Of a stretch of DNA of 64,000 bases, positions 1-9,104 are shown in pieces. The stretch is taken from contig CAKTUD010000002.1 of assembly GCA_934617425.1 (NCBI GenBank), positions 10,011 through 74,010 on the forward strand, given 5' to 3'. Each line of letters starts with the position of its first letter. Within the stretch, counting starts at the first letter, position 1. Position numbers and translations under genes: made by a program. The DNA comes from an uncultured Eggerthellaceae bacterium (GTDB lineage Bacteria; Actinomycetota; Coriobacteriia; Coriobacteriales; Eggerthellaceae). The notes beneath the pieces are model-generated. The model did no database searches. It saw nothing but the letters and a program-made list of their open reading frames with translations, and was not told the origin of the DNA.

Positions 1-1289
1 AGCCGTGGGTGAAATGCGTGTATGCGCCCGGCAGCCACGCGGTTCAGCAGCTCATCGAGCGGGCCGGTTTGTCCGAGGGGCTGCAGTCGCTGGGATTCAG
101 CACGTGCGGTTTCGGGTGCATGAGCTGCATCGGCAATTCGGGGCCGATAATTCCAGAGATGTACGGGGTATGCGACAAGATCGAACTTGCAAGTGTGCTT
201 TCGGGCAATCGCAATTTCGAGGGTAGAATTTCCCCCAATGTTTCTCAGAACTACCTTATGGCGCCTGCATCCGTTATTGCTTACGCGTTGGCGGGTACGG
301 TTGATATCGATTTCGAAAGCGAACCTCTTGGTAAAGATGCGCAAGGCGCCTCCGTTTACCTGCGCGACATCTGGCCGAGCGATGCGCAGGTCGATGAGCT
401 GATGGCGCATTGCGTCGATGACTCTCTTTATGCTGACAGCCAAATAGGGATGTTCGATGGCACCGAGGCATGGCAGGCGCTCGATTCCGGCGAAGGCGAT
501 TTGTTCTCGTGGGATGATTCCTCGACGTATGTGCGTCGCGCTCCTTATTTCGATGGGATGGAGCGGAATCCGCGCGATGTCGTTCCTGTTTCCGGTGCAC
601 GTGTTTTGGCCAAACTAGGCGATTTCATAACCACCGACCACATCTCGCCGGCTGGCGCGATAGCGCCTGATTCGCCTGCGGCCAGGTATTTGGAGAAGCG
701 TGGCGTGGCGCCTACCGATTTCAATACCTATGGCGCGCGGCGTGGCAACCACGAGGTGATGGCGCGCGGCACTTTCGCCAACGTGAAGCTGCGCAACGAG
801 CTTGCAAGCAAACAGGGTGGATGGTCGTTCGACTTTGCGAAGGCCACCGAGAAACCGCTTTTTGAGGTTGCGGAGAGTTATCGTGAACAAGCCGTGCCCT
901 GCATCGTGCTGGCGGGGAAGATGTACGGCAGCGGTTCGTCGCGCGATTGGGCTGCGAAGGGTCCCATGCTTTTGGGAGTGCGTGCGGTTATCGCCGAGAG
1001 CTTTGAGAGGATCCATCGTTCGAACCTTATAGGAATGGGCATTCTCCCGCTGCAGTTCAAAGAAGGTGAAAACGCTGCGACATTGGGCCTTGACGGCTCC
1101 GAGGTGTTCGACATCGCACCTGTTGACTTTCGCGGAGGGTTGCCGCAGCCGCGCGAGGTTCACGTGATAGCGCGTCGAGATGGTGCCGAGGTTGGTTTTG
1201 ATGCCATCGTGCGCGTCGACACTCCGACCGAGGGACGTTATTACGCAAATGGCGGTATTTTGCAGTATGTTTTGCGCCAGCTGATCTAA
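1..1289 (+). CDS. acnA: Aconitate hydratase (aconitase A/IRP family), C-terminal ~428 aa; the 5' end lies outside the window (reading frame starts at nt 3)
   Basis: Translation from nt 3 reads PWVKCVYAPGSHAV. It also contains GFGCMSCIGNSGP, SGNRNFEGRI, GSSRDWAAKG and ERIHRSNL, which are hallmark aconitase motifs. The track's M at nt 9 is an internal GTG (Val). Confidence 0.92.
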   Translation, partial: PWVKCVYAPGSHAVQQLIERAGLSEGLQSLGFSTCGFGCMSCIGNSGPIIPEMYGVCDKIELASVLSGNRNFEGRISPNVSQNYLMAPASVIAYALAGTVDIDFESEPLGKDAQGASVYLRDIWPSDAQVDELMAHCVDDSLYADSQIGMFDGTEAWQALDSGEGDLFSWDDSSTYVRRAPYFDGMERNPRDVVPVSGARVLAKLGDFITTDHISPAGAIAPDSPAARYLEKRGVAPTDFNTYGARRGNHEVMARGTFANVKLRNELASKQGGWSFDFAKATEKPLFEVAESYREQAVPCIVLAGKMYGSGSSRDWAAKGPMLLGVRAVIAESFERIHRSNLIGMGILPLQFKEGENAATLGLDGSEVFDIAPVDFRGGLPQPREVHVIARRDGAEVGFDAIVRVDTPTEGRYYANGGILQYVLRQLI

Positions 1290-1391
1290 CGGAAAGTTGA
1301 CGGGAAGTCCTCTAATCGAGCGATGGCGTCGTGGTCCGGGTTGGCGTTTGGTATAGTTGAGGAAATGTTCAACTACATGAACGGAGACTAA

Positions 1392-3332
1392 ATGGCTCAA
1401 TCAGGACTTGATTCCCTTTTGGAGGCCCTGAGGCAATCGGGTGTGGATCTCGGCGGCATGGGCGGCGGGGCTTCGGCCGATGCCGCCGAAGCTGAGGTCC
1501 ACGAGGCTTCTTCCGCACGCACTGGCGACAATGCCGGGCAGGCTGGTCGCGGATCGCATGCGCACGGCGGCATGGGCGGTGGCGGAAATGGACAGAATCC
1601 CCTCGGTATCGATTTCAGCGAATTCGGCGACAAGGTTCGCGGCTGGACGCGCAAGACGATTATCGGCGTGGCGATTGCTTTCGTGCTGGTGCTTTTGGTT
1701 GCTTACTGGTGGTTTCATCCGCCTATCAGCATCAACAGCGTTGACACGTGGATGTTCGTTGCGATTTTCATCTTGCTGCCGCTGTTCTTGTTCTTTCGCG
1801 CGCGCTCGCGTACGTATGAGACCGGCAACAGCAAAACCGATCCCGACCAAACGAAGCACAAGAGCTTTCGCATTTTGTCGTTCATCCCTATCGCCATCAT
1901 CGCGGTGGGCTTGATCGGTGCGCTGCTTTCGCTTGATTTTTTCCCGGGTAATGCCCAGAAATACGCGAATGTGCTGCAGACGCAGCAGCTTAATTTCACC
2001 GACGACATACAAGAAGTTGATTACTCGCAGATTCCTGTCATCGACCACGATTCCGCCGAGCTTTTGGGCAATCGCGAAATGGGCTCGATTCCCGAGTATG
2101 TCAGTCAGTTCGAGGTGGATGATCTGTATAGTCAGATCAACTATCAGGGTACGCCGGTGCGCGTGAGCCCGCTTGGATATGCCGACTTGTTTAAATGGCT
2201 TACTAACCGCGAGAACGGAATCCCCGCTTATGCGCTGGTTGACATGACCACGCAAGATGCTCAGATTGTAAAACTCGATCAGGGCATGAAATACACGGCT
2301 TCCGAACCATTGGCACGCAACATCGATCGCTACGTGCAGCTGAAATACCCCTTCTATATCTTTGACGAGAAGTCGTTTGAAATCGATGAGGATGGCCAGC
2401 CGTGGTGGGTGTGCCCCGTGCGCTCTTACACCATCGGCTTGTTCGGTGGCGAAACCATAAGCCGTGTGGTTTTGTGCAACGCCGTCACCGGTGAGTGCCA
2501 AGACATCGCTATTGGGGATGTTCCCCAATGGGTTGATCGCGCTTATCCTGCAAACCTGCTGATCAAGCAGTACAACTGGAGCGGTAAGTACATCAACGGT
2601 TGGTTTAACTCGTGGTTGGGGCAGTCGGGCGTGTACCAGACGACCCCGGGCAAGAACGGCGAGAACGGTTACAACTATCTTGCCAAGGATGATGACGTAT
2701 GGGTTTACACAGGTGTCACTTCGGCGACGTCTGACAGCTCGATCATCGGCTTTGTTCTTATAAACCAGCGTACGGCCGAGTCGCATTATTATTCGATTTC
2801 GGGTGCGACGGAGGATTCGGCTCAGGAATCCGCCGAGGGCCAGGTTCAGAATCTACGTTATACCGCCACGTTCCCCATATTGATCAATGTCGCCAACCAG
2901 CCTACGTATTTCATGGCCCTGAAAGACGCTGCGGGGTTGGTCAAGCAGTTTGCGATGATTGATATTCAGCGCTATCAGAACGTTGCCGTGGGCGATACCG
3001 TGGCGTCGTGCCAGAAGTCCTATGAGGCGCTGCTTGCCACAAACGGCGTGCTTTCTGGCGACGATGCGGCCGATCTTAGCAATCTGAGTAACGCGCAGGG
3101 TACTATCCGCACGTTGGCGCAGGGGGTTGTCGACGGCAATTCGCATTTCTACGTGACGCTTAGCGGCGACGGGCATATTTACGATTTCGCGTTGCCCGGT
3201 TTGGTTGAGATCGCCGCCTACGGCGTGGGCGATAGCATCAGCTTCAGCTATATCGAAGGTGACCCGACAAGCCCCGCTCAGGCAATAAAGAGTGCAGTAT
3301 CTACGGCATCGGAGGATACGCAAGCGGCTTAA
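1392..3332 (+). CDS. Hypothetical membrane protein with a Gly/Ala-rich cytoplasmic N-terminus, three predicted TM helices and a ~450-aa extracytoplasmic domain
   Basis: 646-aa ORF with GGAG 7 nt upstream of the ATG. Hydrophobic segments are IIGVAIAFVLVLLVAYWWF, WMFVAIFILLPLFLFF and ILSFIPIAIIAVGLIGALLSL. A strong terminator follows. I recognise no family. Confidence 0.7.
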   Translation: MAQSGLDSLLEALRQSGVDLGGMGGGASADAAEAEVHEASSARTGDNAGQAGRGSHAHGGMGGGGNGQNPLGIDFSEFGDKVRGWTRKTIIGVAIAFVLVLLVAYWWFHPPISINSVDTWMFVAIFILLPLFLFFRARSRTYETGNSKTDPDQTKHKSFRILSFIPIAIIAVGLIGALLSLDFFPGNAQKYANVLQTQQLNFTDDIQEVDYSQIPVIDHDSAELLGNREMGSIPEYVSQFEVDDLYSQINYQGTPVRVSPLGYADLFKWLTNRENGIPAYALVDMTTQDAQIVKLDQGMKYTASEPLARNIDRYVQLKYPFYIFDEKSFEIDEDGQPWWVCPVRSYTIGLFGGETISRVVLCNAVTGECQDIAIGDVPQWVDRAYPANLLIKQYNWSGKYINGWFNSWLGQSGVYQTTPGKNGENGYNYLAKDDDVWVYTGVTSATSDSSIIGFVLINQRTAESHYYSISGATEDSAQESAEGQVQNLRYTATFPILINVANQPTYFMALKDAAGLVKQFAMIDIQRYQNVAVGDTVASCQKSYEALLATNGVLSGDDAADLSNLSNAQGTIRTLAQGVVDGNSHFYVTLSGDGHIYDFALPGLVEIAAYGVGDSISFSYIEGDPTSPAQAIKSAVSTASEDTQAA

Positions 3333-3364
3333 AGGACGACTCGCTCGGTATTCGTTTTGAGATA

Positions 3365-3402
3365 AGCCCTGCCTTCTCGTTTGGGAAGGCAGGGCTTTTT
3401 GC
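3365..3402 (+). terminator. Rho-independent terminator
   Basis: Perfect 12-bp stem AGCCCTGCCTTC/GAAGGCAGGGCT followed by TTTTT. Confidence 0.85.
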
Positions 3403-3607
3403 TTCTTGCTAAGGGATTGCGGAAATATGGAGGGTTGTTGTAAAGTATGGACGTTATGTGTCGGCTTAGCGACAAACTGGTGAATAAGGCTTCGCAGGTC
3501 TTTATTTTTTAGGAAATTCCCTTGCTGGTTTATTGCCCATCCGACATATGTCAGCGGTGTCGCGGCGTAGTAGGAGCGCAGCGGCACTAAAGTAGGAAGG
3601 GAGAAAA

Positions 3608-5101
3608 ATGGCTGAAAAGGCCCAAAAGAAGGAGAAGAAGGACCTGTACTGGGTACATGTCGTCATCGGCTTCGTGCTCTTGTTCTTGTTCTCGTATGTT
3701 GTTCCCGCGCCTTCGCCCATCACGCCTCTTGGCATGAAGATCGTCGGCGCATTCGTCATGATGGTGTACACGTGGTCGACCGTGGGCACCCTGTGGCCGA
3801 GCTTGCTCGGTTTGTTCTTCGTCGGCATTTCCGGTATTGGCGGCGACGCCGGCTTCAATGGCGTTTGGATGAAGGCCGTCGGCAACTACACCGTGCTGTT
3901 GGTTTTGTTCGGCATGGTTTTGTTCGGCGCTGTGGATACCGTGGGTGATACGCTCTACATCACGAAGTGGATTCTCACGCGCAAGCTCATCGCCGGACGC
4001 CCAATCGTGTTCATTGCGCTGTTCTATTGCTGCTGTGCTGTTTTGGCGGGCTTGATCAGCCCGATCACTGGCTTGATCATCGTGTGGCCTATCGCGTTGC
4101 GCGTTATCGAGACCATGGGCATCACGCGCGAAGACGCTGCTTGGAAGTACTTCTTCGTGGGTATGTTCTTGTCTATGACGCTGGCTCAGCCGTTCTTGCC
4201 GTTTAAGGGCGCTGCTCTTATTCCGGTCGCCGCCTATCAGAGCATGACCAGCACGCAGATGCCTATCCTGGCTCATATGCTGGTCGACTTGATCATGGTT
4301 GTCTTGATCATGGCCATCTACCTTGTCTTGCTGAAGCTCTTGCGCGTCGATCTTTCCAAGATGAAGGCCGTTACGCCCGAGATGATCGAAGAGCAGATGC
4401 CGCTGCCTCCGATGGACATGCGCCAGAAGGCGTTCCTTTGGATGATTCCTATCTATATCCTTTTGCTCATCGTTCCTTCGTTCATGCCCAAGACCAACCC
4501 TGTTGCCGCGTTCCTCAACAGCACGCTGGGCGTTCTTGGCGTGACGGTTGCCATCTTCGTGGTCTTCTTGATCGTGCGTTTCGAGGGCAAGCCGATGCTC
4601 GACATGAAGGAAGTCGCCTACAAGCAGTTCAACTGGGGCATCTTCTTCATGATCGCCGCAGCCGTGTTCACCGCTAACCAGCTTTCCAATGAGGCGACGG
4701 GCGTTTCCGCTTGGCTCGTCCAGGTGCTGAACCCGATCCTGGGCGGCCAGTCCGAGATGGGCTTCGTGGCCATCATGTTCACCGTTGCTCTGCTGATCAC
4801 CAACTTCGCGAACAACGCCGCTATGGCTGTCGTTCTTCTGCCGGTTGTCATCTCGTTCTCCGAGCAGTTGGGTATCGCCTCTATGCCGGTTGCCTTGGGC
4901 GTCATCCTAATGGTGTTCGTCGCCATGCTGACCCCCGCCGCATCCCCGCATGCAGGCATGATGTGGGGCCGCAAGGACATCTACTCCGCAGGCGACATCA
5001 TGTCCATCGGCTTGCCGATGTGCATCATCACCTTGGTCATGTACGTTTTGGTCGGCTATCCGTTGGCTAAGTTCCTGCTCGCCGCTTTTGGCGCGATTTA
5101 A
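3608..5101 (+). CDS. Ion-transporter-superfamily anion permease (DASS/SLC13- or CitMHS/ArsB-like), paralog 1 of 3
   Basis: 497-aa polytopic protein. The re-entrant-loop-like motifs ITNFANNAAMAVVLLP and MLTPAASPHAGMMWG resemble the SNT/PPN-type hairpin signatures of IT-superfamily carriers. SD GGAAGGGAG lies upstream. Confidence 0.85.
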   Translation: MAEKAQKKEKKDLYWVHVVIGFVLLFLFSYVVPAPSPITPLGMKIVGAFVMMVYTWSTVGTLWPSLLGLFFVGISGIGGDAGFNGVWMKAVGNYTVLLVLFGMVLFGAVDTVGDTLYITKWILTRKLIAGRPIVFIALFYCCCAVLAGLISPITGLIIVWPIALRVIETMGITREDAAWKYFFVGMFLSMTLAQPFLPFKGAALIPVAAYQSMTSTQMPILAHMLVDLIMVVLIMAIYLVLLKLLRVDLSKMKAVTPEMIEEQMPLPPMDMRQKAFLWMIPIYILLLIVPSFMPKTNPVAAFLNSTLGVLGVTVAIFVVFLIVRFEGKPMLDMKEVAYKQFNWGIFFMIAAAVFTANQLSNEATGVSAWLVQVLNPILGGQSEMGFVAIMFTVALLITNFANNAAMAVVLLPVVISFSEQLGIASMPVALGVILMVFVAMLTPAASPHAGMMWGRKDIYSAGDIMSIGLPMCIITLVMYVLVGYPLAKFLLAAFGAI

Positions 5102-5140
5102 GGACTCGCGAAAGCGATAGCGCAAGATTCCTACGCTTGC

Positions 5141-5176
5141 AAAACCCGCAGCTCGCTTTGAGCTGCGGGTTTTTTA
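5141..5176. terminator. Rho-independent terminator (A-tract/T-tract flanked, so potentially bidirectional)
   Basis: Stem ACCCGCAGCTC/GAGCTGCGGGT followed by TTTTTT. Confidence 0.85.
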
Positions 5177-5644
5177 CTAGTCGTTTTTCGTCGAGGTGGG
5201 TGATTTGCCTCTCTGATTGCCGCTTTTGTGCAATATTCGGGAAGGTCGAAGGTTCGATATAACCGAATATTCGATTTGTGAAGGGGGTCAAAGCGATTTT
5301 TCGGTTAGCGGTTTTCCTTTGTTCGAAGCGAATCACGGCGCTTCATTTCTTGACAATAATCATTTGAACTGGGGAAATGCAAGATAGCGACCAATTGAAG
5401 TACGCTTTGCGATAACGCTTGGCTATCGCTAGGGGATTCTTTACATAAAAGATAGCTATATCGAATCTTCAAAACTTGCTGTAAAGTGTTCATGTTGTGT
5501 TGGGCAAGTGTCTACGATTTGAAGAAAGATGTTCTCCATTATGTAGGAAATGGAAGCATCGATGGGAAAGGCAGACATTTGGCCAACTTAATCCTCTGCG
5601 AGGCCCGCTTTCCGTCTCGCAGATAAATAAGGAAAGGGAGAAAG

Positions 5645-7132
5645 ATGGCTGAAACAGCTAAGAAAGAGAAGAAGGACTTGTACTACCTTCATGTGGCCAT
5701 TGGCTTCGTGATTCTAGTACTGTTCTCTTGGGTGATTCCTGCACCCGATCCCATCACGCCGCTTGGCATGAAGGTTGTCGGCGCCTTCCTGATGATGGTT
5801 TACACCTGGTCGACCATCGGCACTCTGTGGCCGAGTCTTTTGGGCTTGTTCTTCGTCGGCATTTCCGGTGTCGGCGGCGACGCTGGCTTCAACGGCGTCT
5901 GGATGCAGGCCGTTGGTAACTACACCGTACTGCTGACCCTCTTCGCTATGGTTCTTTTCGGTGCCGTGGACGAAGTTGGCGATACGCTCTACATCTGCAA
6001 ATGGTTGCTTACTCGTAAGATCTTCGCTGGTCGTCCTTATGTGTTCCTGGCGATCTTCTACCTGTGCTGCTTCGTTCTGTCCACCTTGGTCAGCCCGATT
6101 TCCGGTTTGATCATCATGTGGCCGATTTCTCTGCGCTTGGCTGAGACTATGGGCATCAAGCGCGAAGATGCTTTCTGGAAGTTCTTCTTCGTTGGCATGT
6201 TCCTTTGCATGACCTTGGGCCAGCCGTTCTTCCCCTTCATGGGCGCTCAGCTGATCCCGTGCTCCGCATTCGCTTCCATGACCGGCATCTCCATGCCGAT
6301 GCTTCCCTACATGCTGGTGAACCTCATCATGACCTTCATCGTCATGGCTGTTTACCTGCTGCTCATCAAGCTTCTCCGCGTCGACATCTCCAAGCTGAAG
6401 GATGTTAACCCGCAGATGATCGAAGAGCAGATGCCGCTGCCTAAGATGAACCTGCAGCAGAAGGCATTCCTCTGGATGATCCCGCTTTACCTTATCGCGT
6501 TGATCGTCCCGTCCTTCCTCCCGAAGGACAACCCGGTTGTCGCTTTCCTGAACTCCCTCGGCGTTCTGGGCACCACCGTTGCGTTCTTCGTGTTCTTCTT
6601 GGTTGCTCGCTACAACGGCAAGCCGATGCTCGACATGAAGGAAGTCGCCTACAAGCAGTTCAACTGGGGCATCTTCTTCATGATCGCCGCAGCCGTGTTC
6701 ACCGCCAACCAGCTGTCTAGCTCCGCCACCGGCGTTTCCGCTTGGCTCGTTCAGGTGCTCGACCCGATCCTGGGCGGCCAGTCCGAGATGGGCTTCGTGG
6801 CCATCATGTTCACCGTTGCCCTGCTGATCACCAACTTCGCGAACAACGCCGCTATGGCTGTTGTCCTTCTGCCGGTTGTCATCCAGTTCTCTGCTAAGCT
6901 CGGCATCAGCCCGCTGCCGGTTGCCATGGGCGTCATCCTGATGGTGTTCGTCGCCATGCTGACCCCTGCCGCATCCCCGCATGCTGGCATGATGTGGGGC
7001 CGCAAGGACATCTACAGCCCCGGCGAGATCATGTCCGTCGGTCTGCCGATGTGCGTGGTCACCTTGGTTGGCTACATCGTCATCGGTTACCCGCTGGCAA
7101 AGATGCTCTGCTCTGCCTTTGGCGTGATCTAA
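5645..7132 (+). CDS. Ion-transporter-superfamily anion permease, paralog 2 of 3
   Basis: 495 aa, collinear with paralog 1. The C-terminal ~170 residues are nearly identical. SD GGAAAGGGAG lies upstream. Confidence 0.85.
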   Translation: MAETAKKEKKDLYYLHVAIGFVILVLFSWVIPAPDPITPLGMKVVGAFLMMVYTWSTIGTLWPSLLGLFFVGISGVGGDAGFNGVWMQAVGNYTVLLTLFAMVLFGAVDEVGDTLYICKWLLTRKIFAGRPYVFLAIFYLCCFVLSTLVSPISGLIIMWPISLRLAETMGIKREDAFWKFFFVGMFLCMTLGQPFFPFMGAQLIPCSAFASMTGISMPMLPYMLVNLIMTFIVMAVYLLLIKLLRVDISKLKDVNPQMIEEQMPLPKMNLQQKAFLWMIPLYLIALIVPSFLPKDNPVVAFLNSLGVLGTTVAFFVFFLVARYNGKPMLDMKEVAYKQFNWGIFFMIAAAVFTANQLSSSATGVSAWLVQVLDPILGGQSEMGFVAIMFTVALLITNFANNAAMAVVLLPVVIQFSAKLGISPLPVAMGVILMVFVAMLTPAASPHAGMMWGRKDIYSPGEIMSVGLPMCVVTLVGYIVIGYPLAKMLCSAFGVI

Positions 7133-7166
7133 TCTGCATCGCGTAACGTCGAACCTACACGACACG

Positions 7167-7201
7167 AAAGGGAGCCTCCTTCGGGAGGCTCCCTTTTTTT
7201 G
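7167..7201 (+). terminator. Rho-independent terminator
   Basis: Stem GGGAGCCTCC, loop TTCG, stem GGAGGCTCCC, followed by TTTTTTT. Confidence 0.9.
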
Positions 7202-7512
7202 CATTGAGCATTTAGTCGGCGATAGTCTGAGCTGATGACGAAAGGCGTATATAGGAATCTTTCGTTGCGTGATCTGGGATGAACGGTCAGAAATAGCATT
7301 TAAGCGGGTCGTGTCAAGGAAGAAAGAACGTTTTTGTCGCTTTACGCATAATTATTTTTTATGGTGGTTTCGTGCGGCAAAGGAGCATTATTTAGTGCGT
7401 TCTGTTACCGAGACGTTTGCCAATGGTAGGAATGGCGGACGTTCGCTAATGGGAACGCCGGCAACGTAATTGCTTTAGCTATGCAGGCATAGAGTTTTAG
7501 GAAGGGAGAAAA

Positions 7513-8997
7513 ATGTCTGACGCAAAAGCTCAAAAGAAGAAGGGGAGCGCGTACCCGATTCATGTGGCTATCGGTTTCGCGATCATCTTCTTGTTCTCGT
7601 ACGTGCTGCCCGCACCTTCGCCGATCACCCCGGTTGGTATGAAGGTAGTTGGCGCATTTCTCGGTATGGTCTACCTATGGTCTACCATAGGCGCCTTGTG
7701 GCCGAGTTTGCTCGGTTTGTTCTTCGTCGCTATTTCCGGCATTGGCGGGGACGCTGGCTTCAACGGCGTTTGGATGCAGGCGATTGGCCGCGATACCGTT
7801 TTGCTTACCTTGTACGCAATGATCTTGTTCGGCGCTGTCGATGAGGTGGGCGACACCCTCTACATCACTAAATGGATCTTGACCCGCAAGATCTTCGCCG
7901 GCCGTCCGTTTGTGTTCTTGGCGCTTTGGTATTTCTGCAACTTTGTTCTGTCTGCTCTGGTTAGCCCGATTTCCTCGTTGATCATCTTGTGGCCTATTGC
8001 TTTGCGTATCGTCGAGGTCGTTGGCCTTAAGCGCGAAGACGCTTTCTGGAAGTTCTTCTTCGTAGGAATGTTCTTGGTGCAGACCCTGGGCCAGCCGTTC
8101 TTCCCCTTCATGGGCGCTCAGCTGATTCCGTGCTCGGCGTTTAAAGCTATGACGGGTATCGCTATGCCGATGCTTCCGTACATGCTGGTGAACTTCATCA
8201 TGACCGTGTTCGTCATGGCTGTGTTCCTGCTGCTCATCAAGGTGCTGCGTGTCGATATCTCCAAGTTCAAAGATCTTGATCCCAAGACCATCGAGGATGC
8301 GCTGCCGCTGCCTCCTATGGATTTCCGCCAGAAGGCTTTCTTGTGGATGATTCCTCTTTACTTGGCATTGCTGTTGGTGCCGTCGTTCCTTCCCAGCAAC
8401 CCCGTTGTCGATTTCCTCGCGGCAATCGACGTCAACGGCATCACGATTGCGTTCCTGCTGTTCTTCTTGATCGTGCGTTTCAACGGTCGCCCGATGCTCG
8501 ATTTCAAGGAGGTTTCCTACAAGCAGTTCGATTGGGGTATCTTCTTCATGATTGCTGCGGCCGTCTATACCGCAGGCATGCTTTCCGATGACGCTACCGG
8601 TGTTTCCTCCTGGCTTGTTCAGGTGCTGAACCCTGTTTTGGGCGGCCAGTCCGAGATGGGCTTCGTGGCCATCATGTTCACCGTGGCGCTTATCATCACC
8701 AACTTCGCGAACAACGCCGCCATGGCTGTCGTTTTGATGCCCGTTGTCATCGAGTTCTCCAACCGTTTGGGTATTAATCCGCTGCCGGTTGCCATGGGCG
8801 TCATCCTGATGGTGTTCGTCGCCATGTTGACCCCTGCCGCATCCCCGCATGCAGGCATGATGTGGGGCCGCAAGGACATCTACAGCCCGAAAGAAATCGT
8901 CTCTGTAGGCCTGCCGATGTGCGTCGTCACGCTGGTATCCTATATCTTTATCGGGTACCCCTTGGCTAAGACCTTGCTTGCGGCGTTCGGCTTCTAG
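7513..8997 (+). CDS. Ion-transporter-superfamily anion permease, paralog 3 of 3
   Basis: 494 aa, collinear with paralogs 1 and 2. SD GGAAGGGAG lies upstream. Confidence 0.85.
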   Translation: MSDAKAQKKKGSAYPIHVAIGFAIIFLFSYVLPAPSPITPVGMKVVGAFLGMVYLWSTIGALWPSLLGLFFVAISGIGGDAGFNGVWMQAIGRDTVLLTLYAMILFGAVDEVGDTLYITKWILTRKIFAGRPFVFLALWYFCNFVLSALVSPISSLIILWPIALRIVEVVGLKREDAFWKFFFVGMFLVQTLGQPFFPFMGAQLIPCSAFKAMTGIAMPMLPYMLVNFIMTVFVMAVFLLLIKVLRVDISKFKDLDPKTIEDALPLPPMDFRQKAFLWMIPLYLALLLVPSFLPSNPVVDFLAAIDVNGITIAFLLFFLIVRFNGRPMLDFKEVSYKQFDWGIFFMIAAAVYTAGMLSDDATGVSSWLVQVLNPVLGGQSEMGFVAIMFTVALIITNFANNAAMAVVLMPVVIEFSNRLGINPLPVAMGVILMVFVAMLTPAASPHAGMMWGRKDIYSPKEIVSVGLPMCVVTLVSYIFIGYPLAKTLLAAFGF

Positions 8998-9032
8998 CTC
9001 GTTGCTTGCAGCCGCAAGGCACTGATGCCCGC

Positions 9033-9070
9033 GGGCGCTGCATGTGATGATTGCATGCAGCGCCCGTTTT
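9033..9070 (+). terminator. Rho-independent terminator
   Basis: 12-bp stem GGGCGCTGCATG/CATGCAGCGCCC followed by GTTTT. Confidence 0.8.
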
Positions 9071-9075
9071 GCTGT

Positions 9076-9104
9076 TTGCCTGCAAATGTTACTTCGCGTA
9101 GTAT
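9076..9104 (+). promoter_or_regulatory. Putative sigma-70-type promoter of the rplJL operon
   Basis: TTGCCT, a 17-nt spacer, then TAGTAT, immediately downstream of the preceding terminator. Confidence 0.4.

Noticed and set aside
3333-3607. Known riboswitch classes in the long leaders of the three permease genes (also 5102-5644 and 7133-7512)
   Set aside because: I recognised no conserved riboswitch core (TPP, SAM, FMN, purine, c-di-GMP, ZTP and others). Only the short shared box reported as a finding stands out.
3608-8997. The permease triplication as an assembly artefact (collapsed or expanded repeat)
   Set aside because: The three copies differ substantially in their 5' halves and in all three upstream spacers and terminators, so they are distinct loci rather than duplicated reads.
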